Assembly: GCA_963703955.1 (NCBI GenBank)
Contig: CAVPGK010000020.1
Coordinates: 32,787-96,786, forward strand
DNA length: 64,000 nucleotides
From: Nitrospirota bacterium
Lineage (GTDB): Bacteria > Nitrospirota > Nitrospiria > Nitrospirales > Nitrospiraceae
Reading direction: 5' to 3'
Under the pieces are notes generated by a model. It did not search any database, was not told where the DNA came from, and was given only the letters and a program-made list of their open reading frames with translations. This document shows positions 12,608-23,435 of the stretch, one piece after another. Within the stretch, counting starts at the first letter, position 1. Every line of letters starts with the position of its first letter. The translations under genes were made by a program, and so were the position numbers.

Positions 12608-13270
12608 ATGGCGGATCGAGCCATCGGAATACCAATTGTTCGTGAGGGGCTACCATTTGTCGGAGCCTTCGCCGGCTGCACGGCGCTGTCCGCAGCTCTG
12701 GGATGGCCCATTCCCAGCATTGTGTTTGGCGGGGTCACGCTCTTCACAGGCTGGTTTTTTCGAAATCCGCGGCGAGTCGTTCCCGCTGAGAAGGGGGCCG
12801 TCGTCGCCCCGGGGGATGGAAAAATCATTGCGATCGAAGAGGACTTCGAGCCACGATTTCTCAAAGACCACGCGACCAGGATCAGCATCTTCCTGAATAT
12901 CTTCGATGTGCATATCAACCGGATTCCCTGTGAGGGGGTCATTGAAGATATCGCTTATCAGCCCGGTCGCTTCTTGGCGGCGAATCGCCCTGAGGCGACC
13001 CTCAGAAATGAGCAGAATGCGCTCATGATTCGGACCATCGGGGGGGCCAAGGTACTGTGCGTGCAGGTCGCCGGATTGCTGGCTCGCCGGATCGTCTGTT
13101 GGGCCTCGGCCGGAGAGTCGGTCGGTTGCGGGGAGCGATTCGGCCTCATCAGATTCGGGTCGCGCGTCGACCTTTTTCTTCCCAAGGATGCGTCGCTGCG
13201 AGTGGCCCTCGGCGACCACGTCAAAGGCGGACACCACCTGCTCGCGGTATTGCCGGATAGGAGGGCGTGA
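12608..13270 (+). CDS. psd: Phosphatidylserine decarboxylase
   Basis: FFRNPRR, DVHINR, IRFGSRVD autocleavage motif. Confidence 0.93.
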   Translation: MADRAIGIPIVREGLPFVGAFAGCTALSAALGWPIPSIVFGGVTLFTGWFFRNPRRVVPAEKGAVVAPGDGKIIAIEEDFEPRFLKDHATRISIFLNIFDVHINRIPCEGVIEDIAYQPGRFLAANRPEATLRNEQNALMIRTIGGAKVLCVQVAGLLARRIVCWASAGESVGCGERFGLIRFGSRVDLFLPKDASLRVALGDHVKGGHHLLAVLPDRRA

Positions 13271-13284
13271 TGCGCGGAACCCTT

Positions 13285-14079
13285 ATGAAACAGACCAAGA
13301 GCTTTATGAAGGAGCGAGGGAGAAAAGGCGGGATTTACTTGATCCCCAATCTGTTGACAACGGGCAATCTGTTCAGCGGGTTATTTTCCATTCTCGCCGT
13401 GTTCAATGCGAATTATGTGGCCGCGTCGATTGCGATTCTGGTCGCCGTGGTCTTTGACATGCTGGACGGAAAGTCGGCTCGGCTGATGAACAGCACCAGC
13501 CGGTTCGGGGTGGAGTATGATTCCCTAGCCGACCTGGTGTCCTTTGGCGTCGCGCCGGGGTTGCTCATTTATTCATGGGCCTTGAGCGGGCACGGCATGG
13601 TCGGCTCGGCGGTGATGTTCGCGTTTGTCGCATGCGGCGCGCTGCGTCTAGCCCGCTATAACGTCATGACGGTCCCGTCCGAAAGCAAGTATTTTACCGG
13701 CCTTCCGATTCCGGCGGCCGCCAGCGTCATTTCCACGCTGGTCGTGTTCGACCATCACATCGTGCGGATGGGAGCGGAGGTCAAGCCGGTGTTGATTCTG
13801 ATCATGACCCTCGCGCTCGCATTTCTGATGGTCAGTACAATCAAATATCGCAGCTTCAAGGACCTGAGATTGAAGAACGGTCACGCCTTCAATTACCTGG
13901 TTTGGTTCATCCTGGCCATCATGCTGGTGGTCGCGTGGCCTCAATTGATGCTGTTTGTACTTTTTGCCAGCTATGCGGTATCGGGTCTCATTGAAAAAGC
14001 CGTCGGAATGGTTCTGAAGGCGGTCGGAAAACGAGGAGGAGCCGATTCCGATCGACCGGTTTTGGAGACGAAGCAGTAG
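13285..14079 (+). CDS. pssA: CDP-diacylglycerol-serine O-phosphatidyltransferase
   Basis: PNLLT, DMLDGKSAR...DSLADLVSFGVAP. Confidence 0.93.
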   Translation: MKQTKSFMKERGRKGGIYLIPNLLTTGNLFSGLFSILAVFNANYVAASIAILVAVVFDMLDGKSARLMNSTSRFGVEYDSLADLVSFGVAPGLLIYSWALSGHGMVGSAVMFAFVACGALRLARYNVMTVPSESKYFTGLPIPAAASVISTLVVFDHHIVRMGAEVKPVLILIMTLALAFLMVSTIKYRSFKDLRLKNGHAFNYLVWFILAIMLVVAWPQLMLFVLFASYAVSGLIEKAVGMVLKAVGKRGGADSDRPVLETKQ

Positions 14080-14083
14080 AGCG

Positions 14084-14367
14084 GCAACGACGAGGAGTAG
14101 TACGCGATTCCGACCGGAATGGAGAGAGCTGGTGGTGTCCGTCCCATCTAACGGATATGGTGCGAACCAGCCCGTCGGTCGCGGAACTCGCCTCTGAGCC
14201 GGGCCCGTGAAGCGGGTGGACGGTCATGGGCCCCCGCCTGACCCCCGAAATGGGTCGTAATGAGGGTGTCCGAGCTTTGGGAAGAAGCCGGTCACTGAAT
14301 CAGGGTGGTACCACGGAGCGCGACGAGCCTTCGTCCCTGAGTGTAGGGAGGAAGGCTTTTTCTTTTT
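14084..14367 (+). promoter_or_regulatory. Leucine T-box riboswitch with intrinsic terminator
   Basis: AGTA motif, AGAGA bulge, GGTGCGAA distal loop, specifier GAA-CTC (Leu, 14187-14189), T-box AATCAGGGTGGTACCACGG (14298-14316), terminator AGCCTTCGTCCCT/AGGGAGGAAGGCT plus T run. Confidence 0.9.
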
Positions 14368-14371
14368 ACGA

Positions 14372-14491
14372 GATGCTGAAAACGGTCCCCAGCTTCGTTC
14401 TCGGCTCGTCAAAGTCCTCACCGTAGCCCAGAGGCTACGCCTCCGGCTTTGACTTCACCTGCGGCCTCGTTGGATGACCGTTTTGAGCATC
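14372..14491. repeat. About 120-bp palindromic intergenic element (MITE/REP-like), copy 1
   Basis: Imperfect terminal inverted repeats GATGCTGAAAACGGTC / GACCGTTTTGAGCATC; related copy at 22491. Confidence 0.75.
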
Positions 14492-14534
14492 CCGCCGATG
14501 CACGCACTAACCATCCTGAAGGGAGGAATAGGTT

Positions 14535-16082
14535 ATGACGCGGATGATTCGGATCTTTGATACGACGTTGCGCGACGGCGAGCAGTCACCGGGCGCGAGC
14601 ATGAATGTCGAAGAAAAATTCATGATTGCGAAGCATCTGGCGCGACTCAACGTCGACATTATCGAGGCCGGGTTCGCCTATAGCTCGCCCGGCGACTTCG
14701 AGGCGGTGCGGCGAATCGCACAGGAAGTCGAAGGGCCGACGATCTGCAGTCTGGCCAGGGCGAGACCAGAAGACATTGATCGGGCGTGGGAGGCGTTGAA
14801 GGGCGCGCCGAAGGTTCGGATTCACACCTTCCTTTCCACGTCCGACATTCACCTCAAACATCAATTTCGCATGAGCCGGGAGGAAGCGCGGAAGCGGGCG
14901 GTTGAGATGGTGCAGCGCGCTCGCGACTACGTGGAGGACGTCGAATTCTCCCCCATGGATGCGAGCCGTTCGGATCTCTCCTATTTGTGCGAGGTCTTGG
15001 AAGCCGTGATCGAGGCGGGAGCCGGCACCGTCAATATTCCGGATACGGTGGGTTATGCGACGGCTCAGGAGTTCGGCCAGCTGATTCGGAACATCCGCAA
15101 GCGTGTCCGAAACAGCCAGAAAGCGGTCGTCTCGGTGCATTGCCATAACGACCTGGGGTTGGCAGTTGCGAACTCGCTTGCCGCCATCGTCGAAGGGGCC
15201 GGGCAGGTAGAATGCACGATCAACGGGATCGGAGAACGAGCGGGCAACGCGTCGCTGGAAGAAATCGTCATGGGCCTTCGCACTCGGAAGGATTTCTACG
15301 GCGCCGATACGCAAGTGCATACGGAAGAATTGTCCAAGGCCAGCCGTCTGGTCAGTAAGATCACTGGCATGATGGTCCAGCCCAATAAGGCGATCGTCGG
15401 GGCCAATGCCTTTGCCCATACGTCCGGCATTCATCAGGATGGCCTGCTGAAGGACAAGAGCACCTATGAAATCATGCGGCCGGAATCGATCGGGCTGGTT
15501 CAGAGCAAGATGGTTATGGGAAAACTGTCGGGCCGCCATGCCTTCAGGCAACGGCTCGAGGAGTTGGGCTATCGGCTCTCCGATGAGGAGATCAATCATG
15601 CATTCGATCGATTCAAGCGGTTGGCCGATCAGAAAAAGGAGATCTACGCGGAGGATCTCGAAGTCATCATCTCCGATGAGATCGCCAAAATCTCCGAGCG
15701 CTTCGTCCTGAAAAGTCTCCAGACAGAGAGCGGGACCAACAAGGTCCCAACGGCCGCCGTGGAGCTGGAGATCGACGGTGAGCTGGTGAAGCGGACGGGG
15801 ACGGGCGACGGGCCGGTCGACGCCGCCTACCGCACTATTGCCGCGATGACAGAGACGAAGAGCCGCTTGCTGTCGTATGCGGTCAAAGCGATTACCGGCG
15901 GAACTGACGCGCAAGGTGAGGTGTCGGTCCGACTCGTGGAAGGCGGAAAAACCGCGTCCGGCCACGGGGCTGATACGGATATCATCGTGGCGTCGGCGCA
16001 TGCCTATCTCAATGCGCTCAATAAACTGGCGTACTGGGCGTCGAAGCACCAAGATCCGTCGCAGAAGGTCGGCTTGATTTAG
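14535..16082 (+). CDS. leuA: 2-isopropylmalate synthase
   Basis: [28 protein letters not shown]-terminal regulatory domain. Confidence 0.97.
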   Translation: MTRMIRIFDTTLRDGEQSPGASMNVEEKFMIAKHLARLNVDIIEAGFAYSSPGDFEAVRRIAQEVEGPTICSLARARPEDIDRAWEALKGAPKVRIHTFLSTSDIHLKHQFRMSREEARKRAVEMVQRARDYVEDVEFSPMDASRSDLSYLCEVLEAVIEAGAGTVNIPDTVGYATAQEFGQLIRNIRKRVRNSQKAVVSVHCHNDLGLAVANSLAAIVEGAGQVECTINGIGERAGNASLEEIVMGLRTRKDFYGADTQVHTEELSKASRLVSKITGMMVQPNKAIVGANAFAHTSGIHQDGLLKDKSTYEIMRPESIGLVQSKMVMGKLSGRHAFRQRLEELGYRLSDEEINHAFDRFKRLADQKKEIYAEDLEVIISDEIAKISERFVLKSLQTESGTNKVPTAAVELEIDGELVKRTGTGDGPVDAAYRTIAAMTETKSRLLSYAVKAITGGTDAQGEVSVRLVEGGKTASGHGADTDIIVASAHAYLNALNKLAYWASKHQDPSQKVGLI

Positions 16083-16130
16083 GGAAGTGGCCGGGCTAGA
16101 GTGCCATTTCGTGAGAAGAACCCTTCGACC

Positions 16131-16493
16131 ATGGTGGTCACACGGTTGCGTGAGTGCAAGGAGTTTCTCGCGGGCGATCACACGGTCCTACGGGAACTGT
16201 TGCATCGCGATCGCTGGCCTGTGAAGATCGGGTACAGCCTTGCCCATGGGAAGCTTGAGCGGGGCGGCTGCTCGAGGCGGCATCGTCTGGCTTCAGCGGA
16301 GGTTTATTATTTCCTAGCTGGTCAAGGTCTCTTTCATAGTGGAGATCAAACGTCGACGGTCGAGACCGGTACCGTCGTGTACGTGCCGCCGGGAAGTGAT
16401 CAATGGCTTGAGAACACCGGAGACGAGATGATCGAGTTCTTATGTCTTGTGGATCCGGCCTGGCGGCCAGAAGATGAAGAGGTGCTTGAGTAG
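16131..16493 (+). CDS. Cupin domain protein
   Basis: HRLASAEVYYFLAGQG...YVPPG cupin pattern. Confidence 0.85.
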   Translation: MVVTRLRECKEFLAGDHTVLRELLHRDRWPVKIGYSLAHGKLERGGCSRRHRLASAEVYYFLAGQGLFHSGDQTSTVETGTVVYVPPGSDQWLENTGDEMIEFLCLVDPAWRPEDEEVLE

Positions 16494-16526
16494 GGGTCCG
16501 TCGGGGCTTTAACAGAGAGGGTCGTT

Positions 16527-17603
16527 GTGAAAGTGCAAATTGCAGTGCTGGCCGGTGATGGCGTCGGGCGGGAGATTATTCCCGAAGCCGTGAAGGTTCT
16601 GAAGGCTGTCGGGGACCGATTTCATCATACGTTTGAGTGTGTCACCGGAGATGTCGGTGGACACGCCCTTGATAAGGTTGGGGTTCCTTTGCCGAAAGGG
16701 ACGCTCTCGCTAGCGAAGCAGAGCGGCGCAGTGCTCCTGGGCGCAGTGGGCGGCCCGAAATGGGAAGGACTGGACTACAGTCTCCGACCTGAGCGCGCGC
16801 TGCTGGGGCTGCGGGAAGAGCTCGGGCTATTCGCTAATTTGCGTCCCGCCAAGTTGTATCCGATGTTGACCGATGCGTCCACCCTAAAGCGGGAGGTCAT
16901 CGAGGGGATCGATCTGCTGGTGGTGCGTGAGCTGACGGGTGGGATTTATTTCGGCAAACCCAGGGGGATTGAAAAGACGGCCGGCGGCGAAAGGGGCGTC
17001 AACACGGAGGTGTACACCACCGAAGAAATCAGGCGGATCGCCGAAGTAGCCTTCGAGGCGGCGCGCAAACGGCGACGCCGTGTCACCTCCGTCGACAAAG
17101 CCAACGTGCTCGAGTCCTCGGAACTCTGGCGGCGAGTGGTCACCGAGGTGCACAAAGAGTACCCCGATGTCGAGTTGAACCACATGTACGTCGATAACTG
17201 CGCCATGCAGTTGATCAGAAATCCCAAGCAGTTCGACGTGCTGGTCACGACGAACCTGTTCGGCGATATCTTGAGCGATGAGGCCGCGATGTTGACCGGG
17301 TCTATCGGCATGCTGCCGTCGGCCAGTCTCGGCGCGCATGCCGGTCTCTATGAGCCCATCCACGGGAGCGCCCCGGACATTGCGGGAAAACATATCGCGA
17401 ATCCGATTGCGACGATCGCGTCGGTCGCGATGATGCTCGCCTATTCCTTCCATCTGGAGAAGGAGGCGGAGGCGGTCGATCAGGCGATCCTGAAAACCCT
17501 CGAACAGGGGTATCGCACCAAGGATATTTTTGGTCAGGGTCGTCAACTCGTCGGGACGGTGGAAATGGGAGAGACCATCGTCAAGAATTTCTTACAGGGA
17601 TAG
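16527..17603 (+). CDS. leuB: 3-isopropylmalate dehydrogenase
   Basis: [25 protein letters not shown]. Confidence 0.97.
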   Translation: MKVQIAVLAGDGVGREIIPEAVKVLKAVGDRFHHTFECVTGDVGGHALDKVGVPLPKGTLSLAKQSGAVLLGAVGGPKWEGLDYSLRPERALLGLREELGLFANLRPAKLYPMLTDASTLKREVIEGIDLLVVRELTGGIYFGKPRGIEKTAGGERGVNTEVYTTEEIRRIAEVAFEAARKRRRRVTSVDKANVLESSELWRRVVTEVHKEYPDVELNHMYVDNCAMQLIRNPKQFDVLVTTNLFGDILSDEAAMLTGSIGMLPSASLGAHAGLYEPIHGSAPDIAGKHIANPIATIASVAMMLAYSFHLEKEAEAVDQAILKTLEQGYRTKDIFGQGRQLVGTVEMGETIVKNFLQG

Positions 17604-17621
17604 ACGCGGAGGAGCGAATCC

Positions 17622-18839
17622 ATGCTGACGTGCGCCAAACCGGGGACGATCGGAACCATCGCCGGGAACGGAGAACCGGCGTATGGTGGGGATGGAGGGA
17701 TCGCGCTGGCCGCCAGTCTGAACGAGCCGAAAAACGTGGCGCTGGACCGAGCGGGGAATCTGTACATCGCGGATTCGGAAAACCATGTGATCAGAAAAGT
17801 GGAACTCGCCACCGGTGTCATCACCACCGTCGCCGGTCGTCCCACGGACCCGACTCCTGACCATCGTGCGACAGGCGGGACGATCAACAGTGTGAACCCT
17901 TCACGAGATGAGGATGTCTTTGGCGACTCCGGTGCCCTGACGCCTGAGAAATTCGCGCAGTTGGCGGATCTTAGCGGAACTGTACGATTCGTGGTGAGTA
18001 CGTCGTCCGGGACGGGGCGCTTTCAGGGCGATGGCGGGCCGGCAACCAAAGCCGTGTTGAACTTCCCTTCTGCGGTGGCCGTGGATGGCGCGGGTCATCT
18101 GTACATCGCCGATACCAGGAACCATCGAGTGCGGAAGGTGGATGCAGTAAGCGGGGTGATTACGACCATCGCAGGGACCGGCCAACATCGTTTTTCGGGA
18201 GACGGTGGACCGGCGGTCGCAGCGGCGCTCAACGAACCGGCGGCCTTGGCCGTCGACCACGCGGGACACCTGTATATCGCCGATCAAAGCAATAACCGCG
18301 TGCGAAAGGTGAGCCTGGCGACGGGTGTCATCACCACGCTTGTGGGAACCGGCGCAGCGGACTACTCAGGCGACGGGATGGCTGCAATTGAAGCGGCTCT
18401 CTGGGGACCGAGCGGCCTCGCTTTCGGAGCCGATGGCACCTTGTATATCGCGGATACCTTTAACGGGCGGATCCGCGTGGTTGACCCGGAGACGGGAGGC
18501 ATTCGCACGGTGGTCGGGGACGGCCGGGACTATCGCTACCAGGGAGTCGCCAATGATGTTTCTACAAGCCTGTCGCGGCCCTATGGGATTGCGCTTGATC
18601 GCGAGGGGGATCTTCTTGTCACCGACTCCGACAGCCACCTGATTCGAAAATGGCATCGAAGCAAGAAGGTCATTACCCGACTCGCGGGAAATGGAACCGC
18701 CGGGTTCGGAGGGGATGGCGGGCTGCCGATCGACAGTAGCCTGAACTATCCGTTCGGTGTGGCCGTTGACGCCATCGGCACCATCTACATTGCCGATACG
18801 TTCAATCATCGTATTCGCGTCATAGTAAGCGAGAAGTAA
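17622..18839 (+). CDS. NHL-repeat beta-propeller protein
   Basis: Repeated GDGG.A..A.LN.P..VA.D..G.LYIAD..N.R.RK units. Confidence 0.9.
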   Translation: MLTCAKPGTIGTIAGNGEPAYGGDGGIALAASLNEPKNVALDRAGNLYIADSENHVIRKVELATGVITTVAGRPTDPTPDHRATGGTINSVNPSRDEDVFGDSGALTPEKFAQLADLSGTVRFVVSTSSGTGRFQGDGGPATKAVLNFPSAVAVDGAGHLYIADTRNHRVRKVDAVSGVITTIAGTGQHRFSGDGGPAVAAALNEPAALAVDHAGHLYIADQSNNRVRKVSLATGVITTLVGTGAADYSGDGMAAIEAALWGPSGLAFGADGTLYIADTFNGRIRVVDPETGGIRTVVGDGRDYRYQGVANDVSTSLSRPYGIALDREGDLLVTDSDSHLIRKWHRSKKVITRLAGNGTAGFGGDGGLPIDSSLNYPFGVAVDAIGTIYIADTFNHRIRVIVSEK

Positions 18840-18911
18840 GGCAAAAGGAAAAATATTCCGACACGTCTTCATTCTTAAGTCTTTGCTTTTGCCTTGTACC
18901 TTGGAAAACAC

Positions 18912-19925
18912 ATGCTGAAAAAGAAATCAACTTATCGAGTTGCCGTCGTGGGGGCCACCGGCGCGGTCGGCGCACACATGATCGACATCCTGGAAGAGCG
19001 AAAATTTCCGATTGAGATGCTGTCGCCGTTAGCCTCTGCGCGCTCGGCCGGAGGGACCGTGTCGTTTCGTGGCGAAGAGTTGACCGTGCAGCAGCTTACC
19101 AAGGAATCCTTCGAGAGGATCGACCTGGCCCTGTTCTCGGCGGGAAGCGATGTGAGCAAGGAATTCGCGCCGATCGCCGTACAAGCCGGCGCGATCGTCA
19201 TCGATAATAGCGCAGCGTGGCGGATGCAGAAAGATGTGCCGCTCGTGGTGCCCGAGGTCAACTCTCATGACATTGCCGGGCACCAGGGGATCATCGCCAA
19301 TCCGAATTGCTCGACGATTCAAATGGTCGTGGCGGTGAAGCCCTTGCACGACGAGGCCCAGATCAAGCGGATCGTCGTGACCACATTTCAATCGGTTTCC
19401 GGAACCGGAAAAGAAGCGATGGATGAGCTGATGGATGAGTGCAAGGATCTGTTGAGCTTCCGATCGCCGAACCCCACGGTCTATCCGTACCAGATCGCCT
19501 TCAATTGTTTGCCGCACATCGATGAATTTCTCCCGTCCGGCTATACGAAAGAAGAAATGAAACTGGTTCAGGAAACGAGAAAAATCCTCGGTGACTCTTC
19601 CATTCAGATTACCGCCACCAGCGTGCGGGTGCCGGTCTATATCGGGCATTCGGAATCCGTCAATATTGAAACGGCTCGAAAGCTGAGTGCGAGCGAGGCT
19701 CGGGCTATTCTCTCGACGGCTCCCGGAGTGCACCTTTACGACGACCCCGCACACAAGATCTATCCGATGCCGTTGGATGTGGCGGGAAAAGACGAGGTCT
19801 ACGTCGGCCGCGTTCGGGAAGACGAGTCAATTCCCAATGGTCTGAATCTCTGGGTCGTGGCGGACAATCTCAGGAAGGGAGCCGCGCTGAACGCCGTTCA
19901 GATTGCGGAATTGCTCGTGAGATAG
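18912..19925 (+). CDS. asd: Aspartate-semialdehyde dehydrogenase
   Basis: VVGATGAVG, ANPNCSTIQ, DNLRKGAALNAVQI. Confidence 0.97.
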   Translation: MLKKKSTYRVAVVGATGAVGAHMIDILEERKFPIEMLSPLASARSAGGTVSFRGEELTVQQLTKESFERIDLALFSAGSDVSKEFAPIAVQAGAIVIDNSAAWRMQKDVPLVVPEVNSHDIAGHQGIIANPNCSTIQMVVAVKPLHDEAQIKRIVVTTFQSVSGTGKEAMDELMDECKDLLSFRSPNPTVYPYQIAFNCLPHIDEFLPSGYTKEEMKLVQETRKILGDSSIQITATSVRVPVYIGHSESVNIETARKLSASEARAILSTAPGVHLYDDPAHKIYPMPLDVAGKDEVYVGRVREDESIPNGLNLWVVADNLRKGAALNAVQIAELLVR

Positions 19926-19928
19926 GTC

Positions 19929-20180
19929 ATGCCTGATTGGAGCGGAGCAGGGAAGATGGTCGTCGGCATCGGCATCTTGCTTGTGCTTATCGGCGTCATC
20001 ATGACGTCCGTGGGTAAGTTGTCCGGGGCAGGGGGCGGTTTGGGCTGGCTCGGGAAGCTTCCCGGTGATATCTTTATCAAAAGAGACTCCTTTAGTTTCT
20101 ACTTTCCGCTCACGACCAGCATCCTGATCAGCGTGATCATCAGCGTCTTGGCGTATCTCCTGTCGCTGCTCAAACGGTAA
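19929..20180 (+). CDS. DUF2905-like small membrane protein
   Basis: GKLPGDI...FYFPLTTSILIS. Confidence 0.85.
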   Translation: MPDWSGAGKMVVGIGILLVLIGVIMTSVGKLSGAGGGLGWLGKLPGDIFIKRDSFSFYFPLTTSILISVIISVLAYLLSLLKR

Positions 20181-20185
20181 GAACC

Positions 20186-21457
20186 ATGCGAATCTCGGTG
20201 GGAATCTGCACGACGCTGCTGGTCGTCCTGTTTGCGTACGAAGCGTGCGCCGCCGAGCAGATTCGTGTCCTTCTTGTCCAGCTCACTCCTCGCATAACCG
20301 TGCGTGCGGAGCGGGGCGTGGTGGTCCGGTTGTCCAAGACCGACGAACGAATCGTGAGGGCTCCGCTCCAGGTGACAGCGGGGTCCGCCGTCATGACGGT
20401 CAATGGGGTACGTGTCAGATCGGGACTGTTACGGATTCGGGCCCGGAAGGGAGACCTGATCATCAAGACGTTCAACGGGTCGGCCGGCGGCCAAGACCGT
20501 CTCGTGGGCCAGAAATCGATCACGGGAAACCGATCGCCCGCCGACAGCATGATGTCGCCTATTGTGGGGTCGACTAAGACTGGCGGTTCAGCGTCGCTGG
20601 TCGTCAGTGGGGCGGTGGATGTGGTGTATCGCGGAGGCGGTTTGTCGGTGATCAACGAACTGGACCTGGAAGAATACGTGAAGGGAGTTGTCCCGTCTGA
20701 GATGAACGCGGCCTGGCATTCTGAAGCATTGAAAGTTCAGGCCATTGCGGCGCGTACGTACGGCCTCTATCAGAAAATGCTGAACGACGGGCGCGATTAC
20801 GATGTGGTGGCCGGAACGCAGGATCAGGTCTATCGTGGCCGTGACGGGGTGGATCAGCGCGTACATGATGCTGTCGAGACCACACGGGGCTTGGTCGTCG
20901 CATACCGGAATGCTCCGATTCTGGCCGCGTTTTCGTCCACGGCGGGCGGACCGACCGAAGACGCGATGAATGTCTGGGCCAAGGATCTGCCGTACCTGAA
21001 AGGCGTTGATTGTCCGTTCGACGAAAATTCACCCTATTATCAGTGGAGGGCGCAATTCACGATCGACGCACTGGAACAATCTCTGCGGAAACAAGGCATG
21101 ACGGTGGGAACGATCGCGACGGTCACGCCATTCTCTTACACCCGCGCGGGACGGGTTGACAGAGTTCGCATACTGCATTCGCAGGGGGAGTTGGTTCTGC
21201 GCGGCCAGGATCTTCGCAAGGCGGTGGGGTACGGCATTATTCCGAGCACTCAGTTTGAGATCGAAGCTCTAGGGCACGATGTCATCCTCTCGGGACGAGG
21301 CTCCGGTCATGCCGTAGGACTGTGCCAATGGGGAGCAAAGGAAATGGCGGAGCGGGGGCATTCCTACGCCTCTATCCTGCGCTATTACTTTCCCGCAACC
21401 GAGCTGAGGCCCATCCGAGGCCTCGAGCGTCCTCCCATGCCGACACCAACGCCCTAA
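20186..21457 (+). CDS. SpoIID/LytB family lytic transglycosylase
   Basis: LEEYVKGVVPSEM, EALKVQAIAART, GHAVGLCQWGA. Confidence 0.9.
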   Translation: MRISVGICTTLLVVLFAYEACAAEQIRVLLVQLTPRITVRAERGVVVRLSKTDERIVRAPLQVTAGSAVMTVNGVRVRSGLLRIRARKGDLIIKTFNGSAGGQDRLVGQKSITGNRSPADSMMSPIVGSTKTGGSASLVVSGAVDVVYRGGGLSVINELDLEEYVKGVVPSEMNAAWHSEALKVQAIAARTYGLYQKMLNDGRDYDVVAGTQDQVYRGRDGVDQRVHDAVETTRGLVVAYRNAPILAAFSSTAGGPTEDAMNVWAKDLPYLKGVDCPFDENSPYYQWRAQFTIDALEQSLRKQGMTVGTIATVTPFSYTRAGRVDRVRILHSQGELVLRGQDLRKAVGYGIIPSTQFEIEALGHDVILSGRGSGHAVGLCQWGAKEMAERGHSYASILRYYFPATELRPIRGLERPPMPTPTP

Positions 21458-22476
21458 TGCGACTGTCCGACTTTGATTTTCCGTTCGATCCGACCCTAAT
21501 TGCTGATCACCCCATTCAACCGAGACACCGAGCTCGTCTCCTCGTTCTCCCACGACAGGGTGGCCGGTTTGCTCACCATCATGTGGCGGACCTGCCGGGG
21601 CTTCTGCGTTCCGGTGACCTGGTGGTGGTTAATGATACGAAAGTGATGCCGGTTCGGCTCACTGCGCGGAAATCTCCCGGGGGCGGCAAGGTGGACTTGC
21701 TCTTTGTGAAGCCGTTAGAGGCGGACACCTGGGAGGTTCTGTTGAAAGGCGGGGGTAAGCCTGGCCAGATTCTTCATTTTGCGCCGGGTACCTCAGCGAC
21801 CGTGATCCAATGCGGCGAGACCGGGACAGTGGTGAAGGTGGCGAGCCCTCGGCCCATCCACGAGCTGTGGGAACTGATCGGGCATATGCCGTTGCCGCCG
21901 TATATCAAACGACCTCCACATGACACTGATCGAGTATGGTATCAGACCATCTTTGCTCGAAGGGAAGGGGCACTCGCGGCGCCAACAGCGGGCCTCCATT
22001 TTACAGACGAGTTGGTTCGCGCGCTCCGGGAAAAAGGAATTCGAATGGCGGCCATCACCCTCCATGTCGGACCGGCAACATTCCGACCGGTAAAAGTCAG
22101 TCGCGTTGAGGATCATCCCATGCCGCCCGAACGAATTGACGTGTCGCAAGATACAGCCGATGAGATCGCGCGGGTAAAGTCCAATGGAGGGAGGGTTGTG
22201 GCTGTCGGAACGACCGTAGTCCGAACGTTGGAAGCCGCAACCGGGGCTGACGGAGTAGTTCATCCAATCAAAGGCGAATCAAGCCTTTTTATCCTCCCCG
22301 GCTATCGATTCCGTGTCGTTGATGGCCTGCTCACGAATTTTCACCTGCCCCGCACAACGCTGCTGATGCTGGTCTCCGCCTTCACCGGAGCGGGTTGGCT
22401 GCGGGCGGCGTATAGCGAGGCGATCCGGGAGCGCTACAGATTCTACAGCTACGGAGATGCCATGCTGATACTATGA
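21457..22476 (+). CDS. queA: SAM:tRNA ribosyltransferase-isomerase
   Basis: VNDTKV, PLPPYI, AAPTAGLHF, YRFYSYGDAM; ATG overlaps the upstream TAA. Confidence 0.96.
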   Translation: MRLSDFDFPFDPTLIADHPIQPRHRARLLVLPRQGGRFAHHHVADLPGLLRSGDLVVVNDTKVMPVRLTARKSPGGGKVDLLFVKPLEADTWEVLLKGGGKPGQILHFAPGTSATVIQCGETGTVVKVASPRPIHELWELIGHMPLPPYIKRPPHDTDRVWYQTIFARREGALAAPTAGLHFTDELVRALREKGIRMAAITLHVGPATFRPVKVSRVEDHPMPPERIDVSQDTADEIARVKSNGGRVVAVGTTVVRTLEAATGADGVVHPIKGESSLFILPGYRFRVVDGLLTNFHLPRTTLLMLVSAFTGAGWLRAAYSEAIRERYRFYSYGDAMLIL

Positions 22477-22490
22477 GCGGCAAAATTTCA

Positions 22491-22575
22491 GGATGCTCAA
22501 CAAGGTCATCCCGTCTCTGGGCAAGTTGAGGGTTTTTTTGAGCCGAGAACGAAGCTGGGAACCTTTTCAGCGTCC
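22491..22575. repeat. Internally deleted copy 2 of the palindromic intergenic element
   Basis: GGATGCTCAACAAGGTCATCC...GAGCCGAGAACGAAGCTGGGAACCTTTTCAGCGTCC matches the reverse complement of 14372-14491. Confidence 0.75.
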
Positions 22576-22577
22576 GG

Positions 22578-23276
22578 CTAGAGGAGTTCTTTGTGGACCT
22601 TAATCGAAACTCTCGCTTTCATGGCCTCTTTGTAGGCCATCAGCGCGCGTTGTTGTTTCTGGAAGAGAAAGTCTTGCAAGAGCCGTTCGTTGGCTGAGCG
22701 ACCGTCTGATGACTCCGGTTGGGATTGGCGAGGCATAAGCCCCTGCGCCTCGGCAATTTCGGCAGGTGTTAGCGCGACGGAATCTCGGATGATCGTGCGG
22801 ACTTTCTCCCGAAGGAGTTCCGTGGTGTGCAACGCTTCGAACAGCGCCGGCGTGAGCCGGTTGGCTGCAAGCAGGCGGCGATACAAATCGGGGTCGAAGT
22901 GACCCTTCTGCTGAAAATCCGGACGCCGCATGATGTCGTCTCGTAACTCATCGGGCGTCACAGTCAGGCCCATCTCCCGCGCGGCAAGGGTCCACAGCTT
23001 GTTCTCGATCAACCCGTCTATTACGAATTGCTTGAGCGTCTCTTCCTTGAAATCGCCTTGCACGTTGTCCTTGTAAAATCGATACGTGTTCTCGTAGGTT
23101 CGACGATACTCATCCCTTGTGACTGTCAGGTCTCCGACCGAAGCGATCCCGTTGCTCTGCGTCTCCCCGAACCCCCACCAACCCATGGTGATAATGAACG
23201 CAATCGCCAAAAGTCCCATTATCGATTTCAACAACCACGGGTACTTGCGGGCGCCTTCGCGCATCAACTTGATCAT
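22578..23276 (-). CDS. SurA N-terminal domain (PpiD-like) protein
   Basis: N-terminal TM helix, then IASVG...AAREMGLTVT.DEL...FQQKGHFD. Confidence 0.8.
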   Translation of the reverse strand: MIKLMREGARKYPWLLKSIMGLLAIAFIITMGWWGFGETQSNGIASVGDLTVTRDEYRRTYENTYRFYKDNVQGDFKEETLKQFVIDGLIENKLWTLAAREMGLTVTPDELRDDIMRRPDFQQKGHFDPDLYRRLLAANRLTPALFEALHTTELLREKVRTIIRDSVALTPAEIAEAQGLMPRQSQPESSDGRSANERLLQDFLFQKQQRALMAYKEAMKARVSIKVHKELL

Positions 23277-23435
23277 GTCAGTCCCCAAGATGTGAGAAAT
23301 GAATCTTACCGAGAGGCCTGGGCAAAGGCAAGGGGAGTGAAGCCGGGAAACCGGGCCGAGTGGTACCATGGTACAGTGAGGATGGCGAATCAATCAGCGG
23401 CTTCGGTTGCCTGACCCCTCCAGGGGGAGTGGTTT

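Noticed and set aside
14586..16181. Long antisense ORFs (for example 531 aa opposite leuA, 345 aa opposite topA)
   Set aside because: Shadow frames of GC-rich coding genes with no recognisable motifs
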